DNA of 64,000 nucleotides from Azolla caroliniana. Its lineage: Eukaryota > Plantae > Polypodiophyta. The stretch covers positions 17,236,001 to 17,300,000 of the forward strand of contig JBHGNT010000012.1 in the NCBI GenBank assembly GCA_043228905.1, in the 5' to 3' direction. A program made the position numbers and the translations under genes. The notes below the pieces were generated by a model. The model searched no databases. It saw only the letters and a list, made by a program, of their open reading frames with translations, and had not been told where the DNA came from. This document shows, one piece after another, positions 1 to 12,948 of this stretch (positions are counted from its first letter, which is position 1; every line of letters begins with the position of its first letter).

Positions 1-3000
1 AGATGAGAACGAGTGTGCGTTGTATTCCAGGATGACCAGCAGATGGTGCATCATGACATTCATGAAAAAATTTCTGTTTAACATTTGGTAAATCTGGAAC
101 ACAGACCTTTCCACTACGGTAGAGCAAACCGTTTGTAATGTGAAAGGTCGCCTTCGAGGGTAGGGTGCTAGTATCGGCATCTAAACCAGATTCGGCTTTC
201 GTCCAGTATTTTGAGAAATAACTGTCATCAAGGTATTTCCCTCGAAGGTGATCTAAAAGATCAGATTTTATTTCCGTGAAGCTAAGCATGTTAACTTCTT
301 TAATGCGACTAAGAGCATCAGCAACGGTGTTCATAGAACCCTTGCGATATCGTATGGAAAAATCAAAATCTTGCATAAGGTCAGCCCAACGGCCTTTACG
401 ACCAACAAGATCGGGCTGGTCACAAAAATACTTTAATGATTGATGGTCTGTTGTAACCACAAATTTATTTCCATAGAGATAGTGCCTCCATGTTTTAAGT
501 GCGTGTATCACCGCAAACAACTCTTTCTCTTGAACCGAATACCGAGATTGAGCAGCATCAAGCTTCTTACTTTCAAAAGCAATAGGCTGACCACCTTGAT
601 AAAGAACGGCACAAATAGCATAATCACTAGCATCGGTTTCAATTGAGAAAGGCTTAGAAGGGTCTGGTAATAGAAGAGTGGGAGCCTGACACACATGCTC
701 CTTGAGTGTCTCAAATGATTTGTCAAGTTGTTCATTCCATGAAATTGGTTTGACAGACTTACGTGGATGACCTTTTAAAAGGTCAGTTAATGGCGTAGTC
801 AATTTGGAATAGTTACGAATTGATTTTCGTAAAAATCCAACAAACCCTAAGAATGATCTAAGTTCACGAATATTACGAGGAATGTGCCAAAGTTTAACCT
901 TTTCAATACGAGAAGGTTCAATTTCAACGCCCTTTTCTGTAATTAAATGACCTAGGTACACAATAGATTTTTGGAAGAAGTCACATTTTGAATGTTTTGC
1001 ATAGAAAGAGTTGTCACGCAACTTTCGCAAAACAAATCGAACATGTTGAACATGATCTTGCAAGGTACGGCTATATATCAAAATATCATCCAAGAAGACG
1101 ACAACAAAATCACCGAGTTGATCTCGGAAAACATCATTCATCGCTTGTTGGAATGTGGCTGGAGCATTAGTCAACCCAAACGGCATGACTAAAAACTCAT
1201 AATGGCCATAGCGCGTACGAAAAGCGGTTTTAGGAATATCATCCTCGGCGATGCGAATCTGATGATAACCAGTTCGTAAGTCAATTTTCGTAAAATATCG
1301 AGCCCCGTGCAAACGATCAATCAAATCATCGGCACGAGGTAATGGATATGCATTCTTAATTGTCATTTTATTCAAACGGCGATAATTGATACACATTCGC
1401 CACGAACCTTCCTTCTTCTTGACTAATAGAACTGGCGCACCCCAAGGTGATTTACTATACCTAATGTGGCCCATACTCAAGTATTCCTTAAGTTGTTTAG
1501 CGATCTCATCCTCTTCTAATCGACTAAGTCGGTAAGGTGGAATGCTCACAGGAGCAGCCCCAGGGATGAGTTCAATTTGATGGTCCACATTACGTTTAGG
1601 TGGTAAAGTAAGCGGTAATTCAGTAGGAAACACATCTTGAAAATCCTCTAAAATAGAGTCGAGTAATCGTTGCTCAAAATGTGGTAATTGTGTGGCGTCA
1701 ATATTAAAATAATAAAATTGAACCGCAGGATCAATTACACACGAATAAATTAATGAACTAGAATACTCACTTAAAGATTTAGAAGACACAAGTGAATGAG
1801 AAGGAAGTTTGGAACATTGAATAAAATGTTTACAATTATTAAGTTCAAATGTGATTGAGTGATTAACCCAATCAATGGACAAAGAAGGGTTTTTATTAAA
1901 AAACCAAGGATATCCTAAAATGACATCTGCGGATTGTAATTTCATAACATGAAAGTCAAGCTTCTCCAAATAAGTATCTATTTGAATTAGCAGTTGACAA
2001 ACAATGCCACTGATGTATTGAACGTTTCCATTTGCCATGTGAACTTGATAGATATGATCACTTGCGTTTATGTGGAGCTCCATTTGCTGCACAAAGTGAT
2101 CATTAAGAAAATTGTGAGAACTACCGGAATCAAACAAGAAATGTGCTTGTGTTCCATTGATATATCCGACTGCTCGGAGTAAATCATTAGGTCCAAGTAA
2201 ATGTGAAGGAAAAGTGCATTCACATAAACTTAAGTGATTGGTATGAACTTCAACAATATCAAAAGACTCACCTGTGTGACTCGTAGATTTGTCTTGAGGA
2301 GGGGTGTTCATTGACTTCCTCTCAAGACGACGACAGGTATCCTTTGTGTGGCCCCGCTTCTTGCAATATGCACAGAAGAGGTTCGGTTTCTTTGAGTCGC
2401 GGTCAAGAGTGTCACTGGATTGCTTACGTTTCCCAATGAACTTGACATTCGGAGTTTTGGCGAACTCAGGTTTATTGTGGTCTTTCTTGGAAGTCCTATG
2501 GTATCGCAGCACAATGTTGACGGCTTCCTCGAAAGTTGTGGGGTCCTTGTCATGGACAATCCAATGATAATCCCCATTGGGAATACCATTCAAAAAACAA
2601 GCGACAAACCATTTCTCACCCGTAAGTCCCGATTTTTGGATCTGGGTCCGAGCGTGATGCACATAATCCTCGAGAGAGGTAAATGGCTTACTAGACAATG
2701 TGAGCAAGTGTTGCGCTTGTTCGGTTTGAGAAGGTGGCTGCAAGAATTGTTTCTTAAAAACATCAACGAAACCTTCCCAAGTTGTGGGTAAGTTTTTTGC
2801 GGTCCTTAGGCCACGCCACCAAGCAGCAGCTCGGTCACCTAACTCACGACCGACATAACCAATTTTTACTGCATCGGGCTTGGGATGAAGCTCAAAGTGA
2901 GACTCCCAACGACCAAGCCAAGTGCTAATGGCCTCCTCGGTTCTTTCTTTCTTATCTCCCTTGAAAGGCGTGACTACGAAGGAAGGTTCACCTTCTTTCT

Positions 3001-3190
3001 TGGACTCAATAGTTAATTCTTGGAATTTCTTTTCCAATGCCATATTGGCCTGTCTCATTTCGGCCAATTGATTCAAGGTAGTAGTGAGCAATTGCTCAAT
3101 AGTGATCTCAGCTTGTGTGCGAGATGCGGATTGGGGTTGAGAGGTCTCATTTGGAGAGATCGTTCCAACTGCGTTCAAAACTTGTTCCAT
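1..3190 (-). CDS. Ty3/gypsy gag-pol polyprotein (gag, zinc knuckle, protease, RT, RNase H, start of integrase); runs off the left edge
   Basis: Manual minus-strand translation from ATG 3190 (MEQVLNAVG...). Motifs: gag AAAWWRGL...TWEGF, zinc knuckle [14 protein letters not shown], protease [23 protein letters not shown], RNase [11 protein letters not shown] / [11 protein letters not shown] / TDHQSL / NTVADALSR, integrase [13 protein letters not shown]. The codon phase at 3190 equals the phase at position 10, and the ORF track lists nothing in this frame, which fits no stop in the window. Confidence 0.95.
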   Translation of the reverse strand, partial: MEQVLNAVGTISPNETSQPQSASRTQAEITIEQLLTTTLNQLAEMRQANMALEKKFQELTIESKKEGEPSFVVTPFKGDKKERTEEAISTWLGRWESHFELHPKPDAVKIGYVGRELGDRAAAWWRGLRTAKNLPTTWEGFVDVFKKQFLQPPSQTEQAQHLLTLSSKPFTSLEDYVHHARTQIQKSGLTGEKWFVACFLNGIPNGDYHWIVHDKDPTTFEEAVNIVLRYHRTSKKDHNKPEFAKTPNVKFIGKRKQSSDTLDRDSKKPNLFCAYCKKRGHTKDTCRRLERKSMNTPPQDKSTSHTGESFDIVEVHTNHLSLCECTFPSHLLGPNDLLRAVGYINGTQAHFLFDSGSSHNFLNDHFVQQMELHINASDHIYQVHMANGNVQYISGIVCQLLIQIDTYLEKLDFHVMKLQSADVILGYPWFFNKNPSLSIDWVNHSITFELNNCKHFIQCSKLPSHSLVSSKSLSEYSSSLIYSCVIDPAVQFYYFNIDATQLPHFEQRLLDSILEDFQDVFPTELPLTLPPKRNVDHQIELIPGAAPVSIPPYRLSRLEEDEIAKQLKEYLSMGHIRYSKSPWGAPVLLVKKKEGSWRMCINYRRLNKMTIKNAYPLPRADDLIDRLHGARYFTKIDLRTGYHQIRIAEDDIPKTAFRTRYGHYEFLVMPFGLTNAPATFQQAMNDVFRDQLGDFVVVFLDDILIYSRTLQDHVQHVRFVLRKLRDNSFYAKHSKCDFFQKSIVYLGHLITEKGVEIEPSRIEKVKLWHIPRNIRELRSFLGFVGFLRKSIRNYSKLTTPLTDLLKGHPRKSVKPISWNEQLDKSFETLKEHVCQAPTLLLPDPSKPFSIETDASDYAICAVLYQGGQPIAFESKKLDAAQSRYSVQEKELFAVIHALKTWRHYLYGNKFVVTTDHQSLKYFCDQPDLVGRKGRWADLMQDFDFSIRYRKGSMNTVADALSRIKEVNMLSFTEIKSDLLDHLRGKYLDDSYFSKYWTKAESGLDADTSTLPSKATFHITNGLLYRSGKVCVPDLPNVKQKFFHECHDAPSAGHPGIQRTLVLI

Positions 3191-4175
3191 GATGCACGTT
3201 GTGGGTATGCAATAAAATAAGGAGGTTCAGAAAATACACAAGCAAAATGAATGCTTGAAATTTTGATTGAAAGAACTTTATCCAAGAAAGTATCTCATGT
3301 CTTTACCCCTCTAGACATATGAGATGTGATTCGAGATCCGATAACTATGGTAACACTATGGTGTTTTAAAAACCATGGGGGAAAACATAGCTAAGATGTA
3401 TTTCTCGGATCTCTATCTTGAGTAATCATGGCGGCTCCCCGAGGCTCAACCATGGTTCTTACATCAATGAAATTTCCTAGATAGCCTTATATTAATGCCA
3501 ACCCATCATGTATTATATGGTCGAGAAAGTGTATTACGTGAAAAAACAAGTGCACTCACAAGTAATATTCTAGTCTTGCGAGCAATAAGCAAACGTGATG
3601 ATAAAATGATAAAATAAGGCACTACTCATAAGAGTTAAGTAGTGACGAAAACAAGGGTAAAAAAAAGAACCCATGTGTTACCTACGAAAAAAAACAATGT
3701 CACAAATAAATGGGAAGTGCAAGGTATGCACATATACATCCCAATATGATTGTTATAACTTGCACAATTGTGACATAAGCCACAAATTGATACAAGTGAT
3801 GACGGTGTTGTGCGCAAAGATGTAATACTCAAATCCATGAGTAAAACATCAATAAGGGAACTCATATGGTTTTACTCGTTTTCTAAGGCTTGATGATAAG
3901 AGTTAAACCTAGATGACCCGTTGAAAAAAAATCGTTCAACAAGCCACTCCATACGAAAAAAATAGTCTACACGTAAAGGTTACATTAAAAATAAACGATG
4001 TAAATACTTTATACATGAAAAGGAAGTGGAAAAAGGATAGTTAATTGTGGGCGGGTAAATAATAATTACTAGAAAATCATATAAGTGAAACAATACTTAT
4101 GAAATTAAAATTTAATTAGAATAATCAACAATTAGGTGTATGGAATCAAACATGCCCTAAGATACGAAACCCTAG

Positions 4176-4507
4176 GGTAGTTGACATGCACCTCCTCAAG
4201 ACCACCACATATCCCTAGAATCGGCCAAGTAATGGCTAATTAAAGAGGAAAGTGGCATAGGTAAGTGACATATACCTCGTCAAGGCCACATCATCCCTTA
4301 GAATCGGCCAATTGATGGCTAATTAAAAAGGAAAGTGGCATATGTAAGCTACATATACCTTGTCAAGGCCACAACATCCCATAGAATCGGCCAATTGATG
4401 GCTTAATAGAGAGTAGAGTGGCATAGGTAGGCAACATACACCTCGTCAAGGCCACATCATCCCTTAGAATCTGCCAAGTGATGGCTCAATAGAGGGGAAG
4501 AGTGGTA
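4176..4507. repeat. Tandem repeat, 4 x ~83 bp, in the retroelement leader
   Basis: Recurring ACCTCGTCAAGGCCACATCATCCCTTAGAATCGGCCAATTGATGGCT...AGTGGCATAGGTA units. Confidence 0.9.
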
Positions 4508-4945
4508 TACTCAACATCATATGCAAAACGGCCATGAGATAAGCGTGTGCGATTAGAGCAAACACGCTCGACCCAATGCACAAGAATAATTATTATCGTA
4601 AGAGTTCAAGAGAGGAGAGAGTGGGATATATATCGCAATATGCAAAAGGCCATGAGTTGAGCGTGTGCGATTAGTGCAAACACGCTCGGCCCGATGCATA
4701 ATAATAAGTAAAATCGTAGCGTAGTAGGAGGTAGAAAGAAAGAGAATAAAACGTAATACCAATTTGATTCGACCATAAAGAACGCATAATAGAAAAAGAG
4801 AAGAGATCAAAAAAGAAGAATACCGGGTTTAGAGTGTTGTTTTGATCCTGAGAAGAGCATGACGAGCCTTGTTAGATCCCCCTCGCTCACACGCAAAAAA
4901 CATCAAAACAACAAAAAAAATTGTTAGTAAAAGCTCTGATTCCAC

Positions 4946-5416
4946 TGTTAAGAGTCTATTACTAATCAATAGACCAAATCAAGTAAAAAGGAAGAAAATA
5001 GATTGGATAGAAGAACCCGTTCCACCCGACCACCCCCGAGCTATGATCTAGACATAGCCAACCTACCACCGACGTCCCATACCGCCGGATATTAGGATGA
5101 CTAATACCTTGGAAGAGATAAACACGATCGTCGAGACGAAAGCCTAGCCCGCACCACCGGTGTCTACGACAGCAGCCTTCCGACGTCATTCCTATGAGGG
5201 TAGCTAAGCCTCATATTTATACCATTTCCTAGGCCCCTTGAATAGATGTGCCTTTCTAAAAGGCTCTCTATTCACTGGTTGTCTAAATCATGATAGTGCA
5301 TGCACATATCATTCATTCTATCCAATCATTAGTCCCCTTTTTAATAATAGTGAACATACCCTTCACTAATGTAAATATTAGTGACCTACCCTCACCAACG
5401 TTATGTGTACATAACA
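4946..5416 (-). repeat. 5' LTR of the gypsy element (~470 bp)
   Basis: TGTTA...TAACA inverted termini, minus-strand TATAAATA near 5214-5221, adjacent PBS. The outer boundary is inferred from the terminus match only. Confidence 0.65.
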
Positions 5417-6544
5417 CGAAGACCTCATGGACGTCCAAAAACCAAACGTATACGCACAATAGAATAAGGCACAAAGAAGAAAGAACATCGTTGTGGAAGG
5501 TGTCGTGGGAAAGGACACAATGCTCGCAGTTGTGGGGCCCCAATTTAGTGACGATTGTGCATTATTATATATTTTGTTGAGTCGATAGATATATTTGATT
5601 TTGTGGATATTTTTGGAATTACACTTTTTGTAGAGGATCAAAATTAACCTGCAATTATTACATTTCGATAAATAATTTTGGTTTGCGAGTATTTTTGAAT
5701 TTGATGAGATTGGGGAGATTTAGTTGTGATTGCATTTTGCTAACAAAATTTAGTGTATATCATGAAATTTGGTTTAAGATGACATTTTAATAGCAAAGTG
5801 TCATGTGAGATTTTGTTTAAAATGACATTTTGGTGGCCAAGTTTTTCGTGAGATTTGGTTTAACATTTTGGCCGCAAATTGTTTGTGAATCCACAAATTC
5901 ATGGAATTTGGCTTCAAAATGGCATCGCAATGGTAAAATTTGGTGTGTGATCAAATGTTTTGGTTTTAAGATTACATTTTGGTCAATTGAATCACAAATT
6001 TTGGTTTTATGGGATTAAGCCAGTATAACTCGGTGTAAATTCATAGAATTGGATTTTAAGGTGACCTTTCAATTGAAATTTTTTTTATATAATATAATTT
6101 TGATAATTTAGTTTGATTTATGATGTATTTTGAAAAATAAAAGTGGTATAAATTGGTCAAAATAGGTATATAGTGGCATTATGGTAAATAAGTTTAGGTT
6201 TAAGGGTATTTTGGTAAATAGGGCTTGTAGATTTCAGTGTATACTTACTTTATAAAGTGTTTTTTTTTTTGGAGATAGGGGTAGTTTGGTAAATTTGGAA
6301 CTTCCAAGGGCATTCTGGTAAATAAACAAACTTCCAGGGGTATCCTGGTACTTTTCCCTTTTTTTTATTGGAGCAAGTGGAAATTCTTTCCTCAGTGCTC
6401 AGTGGAGTGTTCGTCTTGCCTATTGACAATTCAACATGTTCCACTACCCATGTAGTGTAGTTAGTGGATAACCATACTCCATTGTCACACCCATTGTAAG
6501 TAGTGTTTTTTACACACATTTATTAACATAATTGTGTGTTTTCA

Positions 6545-6546
<2 letters not shown>

Positions 6547-6593
<47 letters not shown>

Positions 6594-6609
6594 TGTGTGT
6601 GTGTGTGTG
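6547..6609. repeat. Compound (GA)n(GT)n microsatellite
   Basis: Seen directly in the sequence. Confidence 0.95.
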
Positions 6610-7359
6610 ATAGAATGGAAATATATTACAATAAAAGGGAAGAGTACAAAAGATAGTAATAGGTTCAAGGCTTAAGATTGACATTGAATCGAATTGGTTT
6701 GAGTAATACAATATGCCTCTATTTATAGGGCCCTCAAGAGTACGCTTAGATTTTCATGAATTTTCCAGAGTATTCTAGGATATTCCTAAATTTTCTAAAT
6801 ATTCCAGAAAGTTTGAGGAGCTAGGTGAAATATCTTATGATAATTGTAATAATAATTTTAATGATAAGGCTTTGACACATGTATTATAAGGTCATGGGTT
6901 TAAATCCTTTTGCGACAACATGCGCTTGTCATGATGATAAATGGTAGCGAATTGGACAATAACCTTAGTTATTGGCACTTATACTCGCTCTCTCTCACGT
7001 TCATTCTCTCACGAAATAGAACATTGTAGTTTAACAATATATACAAGAGAATATTTAAATAATATCAAAACTACTTCTCTTATCAAAGAGGTTTTGCACG
7101 CATATAAGAGTTAGGATAATTAGGGTTTGGGTAACTAGTTCTTAACATTAATCACTCTTAAGTTCTAATGAAAGATTAAGGTGAGAGAGTGTCTACTCCA
7201 TCAAGTGGAAGGAGACACGCAATAAAGAAGGGTTGTAAAAGTCATTAACGGGGGACTACAAGTTTTCTAGTGAGATTTACTCTATACCCATTTTCCTAGT
7301 GTCTTCTTCAGCTCCATGTACTTTGTTGGTGTCGGTGTCTTCATAGCTATGTTGATTCT

Positions 7360-7907
7360 TGTTATCTCCTTCTCTGGAATACACCTTCGATTACTCCCCT
7401 GAGTAATCGGATCAAGGAATCGTGGTTACGTAGGAGAGTACGATAGGGCCGAGAAGGCCAATCAATTACCTGATCACCAGCCACAACCGATGTTCCACTT
7501 ATGACTTACGAATAGCAGGATCGAAAGTACAGATTATGGAAACAGACACAAAGATGACCCAATAAAGTATGTATATTGATTACTGGATAAAATCGATTAC
7601 AAGGCACAGAAGTCGATTATATCAGTCACTCTCTCTTTCCTTCTATAACATAACATATGCATATATTCATTCCTTCCTTTTTCTTCTGTTGTTCAACGAT
7701 TTATATAGCCTCTCCTTGGCGCACTTTCGCTACTTCCTCCTAATTCACGACCTTTATTCTCGATTGCATATATTTCATTCTACCTTCCTCGGCTACCAAT
7801 GCTCGGTCGATTCCCTTTTTACCTACTTGACCTACTCGTCTCTTTAGATTCGTTTCTCACCTTTGTGCCCTTTGTCCCACGGATAACACCTGGCACACCC
7901 GTGGGAC
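7360..7907 (+). mobile_element. LTR (7360-7888) plus tRNA-Arg-type PBS (7891-7907) of a truncated Tat/Athila-like retroelement
   Basis: Perfect 7-bp inverted termini TGTTATC...GATAACA followed by TGGCACACCCGTGGGAC, complementary (one indel) to the 3' end of plant tRNA-Arg(UCU). No gag/pol follows before the hAT element. Confidence 0.75.
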
Positions 7908-9785
7908 AGTGCATTGCATGTCGAACCCAAAACAAGATCGCTCCAAAAAATCAAAATCGAGAATTTGAGACTATTGGTATTCGAAAGAGCCGAAAAATGC
8001 TATTGTACACTCATTCTTCTTCAAAAATTGATTTGATGCCCTCTGGTTGCTCCGACTCCCTCGGTGTGAGATCAGTCGTCAAATCGGCCCTTTGCTCCAT
8101 GTTCTCTTGGGCTTCCGTTTGCTCCAACAGCTGTTGAGTCGCCTCCTCCTATTTTGGCTCAGTGGGTTGCTTCTTCTTCTTTCGGCTCTTGGGTTGCTTC
8201 TTCTTTCGGCATTTTCTTCTTCTTTGTCTATCTTCTATCTTCTTCTTCTTTTTTTGGCCGTCACTCATCCGTTCTCGCGGCCACGACTCGGCCGTCTCTC
8301 GGATGCATCCCGGTCGTCGTTGTCTGTCAACGGTCGGCTAGCCATTGCCGTCTGTTTGGCTGTGTCTTTCCAGCCGGACTTTGGCCGTCTCTTGACTGTC
8401 ACTATGTGTGTCATTCGGCCGCGTCACTCACTCGGCCGACTCTCAACTGTCGGTTGCTTTCTCGACCAATTCTCGGCTTCTCGGTTGTCTCTCAGTCGAC
8501 TCTTGGCTTCTCAACCGTCTCTCCTTTATGCTTTTGTAGCTCTGACCATCATTGCATGCCCGTCAAAGGCCATTTTGCCCATCAAAAACACACACCCAAT
8601 AAAAATGTCTGTCAAGTGACATATAAACTTACAATTTTCATTTTTCATGTGAATGGCACCCAAAATTTATACAAGTCAAATGACATGCTAAAATTTTATT
8701 TTCCATGTCATATATATATATATGACATTGTATAATGTCATAATACATATTATATATAGTATATTTAATATTGTAATATGTACTATGTAATATTGTAGAT
8801 TGTAGTATATGTACATACTATAAAATGTACATACATGATACTACAAAGACATATACTATTAAAATGTACATTGTAGTATGTACATTTTATAATAGTATAA
8901 CTGTATATGTATTATGTATAATGTGAGTCATGAGTCGTGACTAATAACTATGCTTTCAATGTTTCATTTCTAAATTCCCGAATCCCCCCTCTTTCTCTTT
9001 TCCCACTCTTTTCTCTTTTCCCCCTATTTTCTCTTTTCTTGCTTTCCTTCTTCCTGCTCCTTCTTCTCGCTTCCTACTCCCTGTTCCTTGGTCGTTGCCC
9101 ATTGCTCCCAGCACGCTCACTACTCGTTGCTCTCTATCGCTTCTTGGTGATTGCACATCTACTATTTGCCACCACTCTGAGGTATGTATTTGTCTCTCTT
9201 TTTTTCTATTTCTCGCTCGAAAGCATTCCTCGCTTATTTGATTCGGGTTCGATCCCCACTTATTTGAGGGGTGGCCATAGTCATAGGGGTCATCATGGGC
9301 GGCAATAATATGACAAATCAATCTATTTGTCTCTCCTCCTGCCCTCCCCTATTCTTGTCTTAACAAACGGTGAGAGATCACAAATTATTACAAGAAACTA
9401 ATCTCATGTTTGGACGTATTTTGTGCTTGGGCATTGGCCAGCCCCCCCAATAATTCTCTTAATATCGAGTATAAATGCAGCTGGAATAGCACTTAAATTT
9501 AAATCTATGACTGGCTAATCTCCATTTCATATGAACTCTCGTAGAGTAAAACATGGTCTCATGTTCTGCATTGAGGATACAATCTCATGTTGTCATCCTT
9601 ACTTTCGATATTTTCTTGGAATAACCCCTTTGAAGTTCACACCACTTGATTGGCTTTCTTCCCGTTTCTAGATGTACTGGGGCTGTGCTCTTAACCCCCT
9701 AAATGAAGGCAGTGAAATCTCTTTTATAGTTTGATTGTTTCATTCCACGAGCTTGATGAAATGCTTCCTCCCATACCTTTTCTGT

Positions 9786-10415
9786 AAAGTAGAATTTGTG
9801 TGATGCATGCATACGAATGACATTGTTGTAATCTCCCATCTTTGGGTTGTGCACAAGTGCCAGATGCTCTCAAATTCATAGTTTGAATCTGTGTGGTTCC
9901 ATTCACCATGTATTCCAAGTGTGCTGACTAGGTATGGCAACATTGAGGTGTTTCAAACTGTGAACCACTTCAATTGCCTCCTCTTCATGATACTCTACAG
10001 GCTATTGACTGTCAGATTAGACATTGCTTCTCACCATGAACTTGATCTTAGGCACTTTGATTGCTAGGTCACTATTCTCAAAAAAGGAAAGATCATATCT
10101 GGAAGCGTTTGCAGTCATAGTTGATAACATGTCTGAAGTACAACATTGTCTGCATAAATGTGTGTAAGAGCATGCTTGGTTTATGTGATGCATGCATACA
10201 AATGACATTGTTGGAATCTCCCATCGTTGGGTTGTGCGCAAGTGCCACATGCTCTCAAATTCATGCTATGAATCTGTGTGGTTTCCATTCACCATGTATT
10301 CCAAGTGTGCTGACTAGGTATGGCAACACTGAGGTGTTTGAAACTGCGAATCACTTCAATTGCCTCCTCTTCATGATACTCTATAGGCTATTGACTTTCA
10401 AATTAGACATTTCTT
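9786..10415. repeat. Direct duplication of ~245 bp (9798-10035 / 10183-10415) inside the hAT element
   Basis: Two near-identical copies of TGTGATGCATGCATAC...TCTTCATGATACTCTAYAGGCTATTGACT. Confidence 0.9.
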
Positions 10416-10689
10416 CATAGTCTTGCAATTCAAGGACCAAAAGTGTTTCTATGTAGACTTCTATACCATGGAACTTCGGAGGCACAAATAGTGCAACAAC
10501 TCCCCACACCCATCCTAAGAACTCTTACCGTAACTTCGGATTTGTATGTGCGTGTAAGCTAATGTGAGCCTTCATCTTTCTTCGTTTTTTTTTTGATAGA
10601 TTGGAAGATCTAGAGTGTAAAGTATCCTTTATTGCCCATCTCATCTTTGTTTTTTTTCTTGGTTTGTGAATTCTCTCAGTTTCAAGAGT

Positions 10690-12948
10690 ATGTCCTGCCC
10701 CAAAAAACATAGATCACACCAACCTTCTATTAAGAGTGTGTTTTGCAAGAAAGCACATCTTAATGATACTCCAAATAATGATGAAGAGGTTGTAACAAAT
10801 GTAAATGTGTCAACATCTTCTTCTAATAAAACAAAAAGAAAGTGGAGAAACCAATGGACTTTGCTCCACCCATGGGCATATTTGACAAAGTCCTTATTAG
10901 GTGATGAAAAAATAAAATGCATGTGGTATGAAGATGCGAGAAGGAATAATGTTTTTATAGATGGTGGATCGCTTAGCATGTAATTGTCATCATTGAATGA
11001 GCATTCTAAGTCATCCGACCATGTAATAGCAAGTGTTAGGTATCATGTAAAGATACAAAAGGAAAATGCAAATGTGAAAGGCCCAATGGATGACAAAATT
11101 TCAGAAATCATGCATTTAGAAAATGAGAGGATAATCTTATGCATGAAGTTGGTTCATTTTTATGCTTGTAATGATATTCGATTAGAGAAATATGTAAAAC
11201 AATGCCAGTTACAAAGAGAACTTGGTACTCCAAATGCCCTTGCCTCAAATGAATATGGTGTTTATGCTAATGCTAAATCTACAAGAGAATTCTTAATGGC
11301 TATTAAGAACCACACAAGAAAACTCTTGTATGATGAAATTCGTGGAAGTCCATTTTTCTCCATCTTGATTGATGAAAGCACTGATCGGACATTGGAAAAA
11401 CACCTCATTATCTATGTCTTGTACTTAAGTGAAGGTGGCAAAGGGGAGCCACAATGTAAATTTGTGCGTCTTCTTCCGGTGGAAAATGGGAAAGTTGAAG
11501 GTGTCTATAATACTATCAATGAATTCATTTTGGAGAGCAATTTAGATTTTTAAAAACTAGTGGCTTTTGCAAGTGATGGGGCATCATCTATGGTAGGTAA
11601 GAACAATGGAGCAATTTCTAAGTTTCAATCCATGATGCCTAATATTTTGGGAGTGCATTGCATTGCACATCGTGAAGCACTTGCCATAAAAGATGCATAT
11701 ATAATGTCTCATGCACATGTGTTTAGCTTCCTTGATGCATTTGCAAATAAAGTATACTCTTGATTGGGAAAGTCAACTAATAGACACAAGGAGCTAAAAG
11801 AAATAATGAAACAACATGGTAAGGGTGATTTGAAGGTGCTTAAAATTCACTCCATAAGATGGTTATCTCGAGGGCAAGTAATGGAGAGACTAGTTACACT
11901 TATGCCTGCAATTTTAGAACAATGGGAAAAACATGAGAAAAAATGGTACGAGTATGCCACTATATTCCAAGTGCAATTTATGTTACACCTATTGGCAGAT
12001 ATTCTTGTGGAATTAAATAAATTAAATGAGCAGTTCCAAAGGGAATTAATGGATGTAACTATGCTTGGTGTTCACTTGGATATCATCCATGAGAAACTTC
12101 GAAGACGATATTTATCTTGTGAAACATTTGGCATCGGGTCTATGTTTCTTGTGAACTTTCTAGATAATGTGAAAGATCGCATACTCACATATATTGGATG
12201 TGATAATGTTACTCATTCACATCCATTTAAGTTTATACCAATTCCAAACCCAAAGGAGGTAACAAAACGATCAAGAAGACTAGTAAGTGGTCTTGATAGT
12301 GAGAATGAAGATAGTGATTTCAACTTGAATATGTTTCATGGTAATGTGGAAAATGGTAGTTTGGATGAATGCATTAGCATTGGAAAGGACTTTGTCCAAC
12401 ATGTTGTTGATGCCTTAAACAATCGTTTCCCGGATGTTACATTTTTCAATGTTGTAAAGTTGTTTAATCCGTCTTCATATCCCATTGAGGAAAATGAAAG
12501 AGAGAAAAAGACTACGGAATGGTTGCACAAACTTATTGGGAAGTTTAATATTGATAGGCAAATTGTTGACATGAAAAGATGCTTCAATGAACAAGAAGAT
12601 TTTGTTGGTATGCTTGTTAGAATTGCTAAAGGAAGAGGAATGCATGATGCATGGGATATTTGTTGCAAAGCACAATCTTGGTGGCAATTATTTCCAGGTA
12701 TTATGCAATTGTGGCAACTATGTATGACTATTCCTATTAGTACAGCAGCATGTGAAAGAGGTTTTTCACGTCAAAATATCATAAAAAATGATATTAGAAA
12801 CGGTTTATCTTTGGAAACTTTAGATGCTTTGATGTTTATATCCTTGAATGCTCAAGATACATCAAACATTTGTTGGAGGGATATATTTAACCTTTGGTAT
12901 GAAGAAAAAGAGAGAAGGATATTATCATTGAAGTTGACACATATTTGA
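10690..12948 (+). pseudogene. ZNF862-like hAT transposase with three in-frame stops
   Basis: Four ORF-track pieces lie in one frame, broken by TAA 10981, TAA 11551 and TGA 11761. Motifs: FFSILIDESTD, AFASDGASSMVG, VHCIAHREAL, IRWLSR and the dimerisation-domain STAACERGFS. Confidence 0.92.

Larger units (their letters stand above)
1..5416 (-). mobile_element. Ty3/gypsy LTR retrotransposon, 5' half (5' LTR, PBS, long leader, gag-pol)
   Basis: PR-RT-RH-IN domain order. Minus strand reads ...TAACA-G-TGGAATCAGAGC, a near-perfect initiator-Met PBS at 4933-4944 abutting an LTR end. Confidence 0.9.

Noticed and set aside
4946-7888. Hammerhead ribozyme / retrozyme in the short LTRs
   Set aside because: No CTGATGA...GAAA core with flanking stems found by eye on either strand.
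8047-9321. Leu/Ser/Phe-rich ORFs of 120-190 aa
   Set aside because: Pyrimidine-rich TE leader/subterminal sequence with no domain motifs.
10981-11763. Stop-codon readthrough or RNA-editing rescue of the transposase
   Set aside because: Nuclear TE with mixed TAA/TGA stops, more simply explained by mutational decay.
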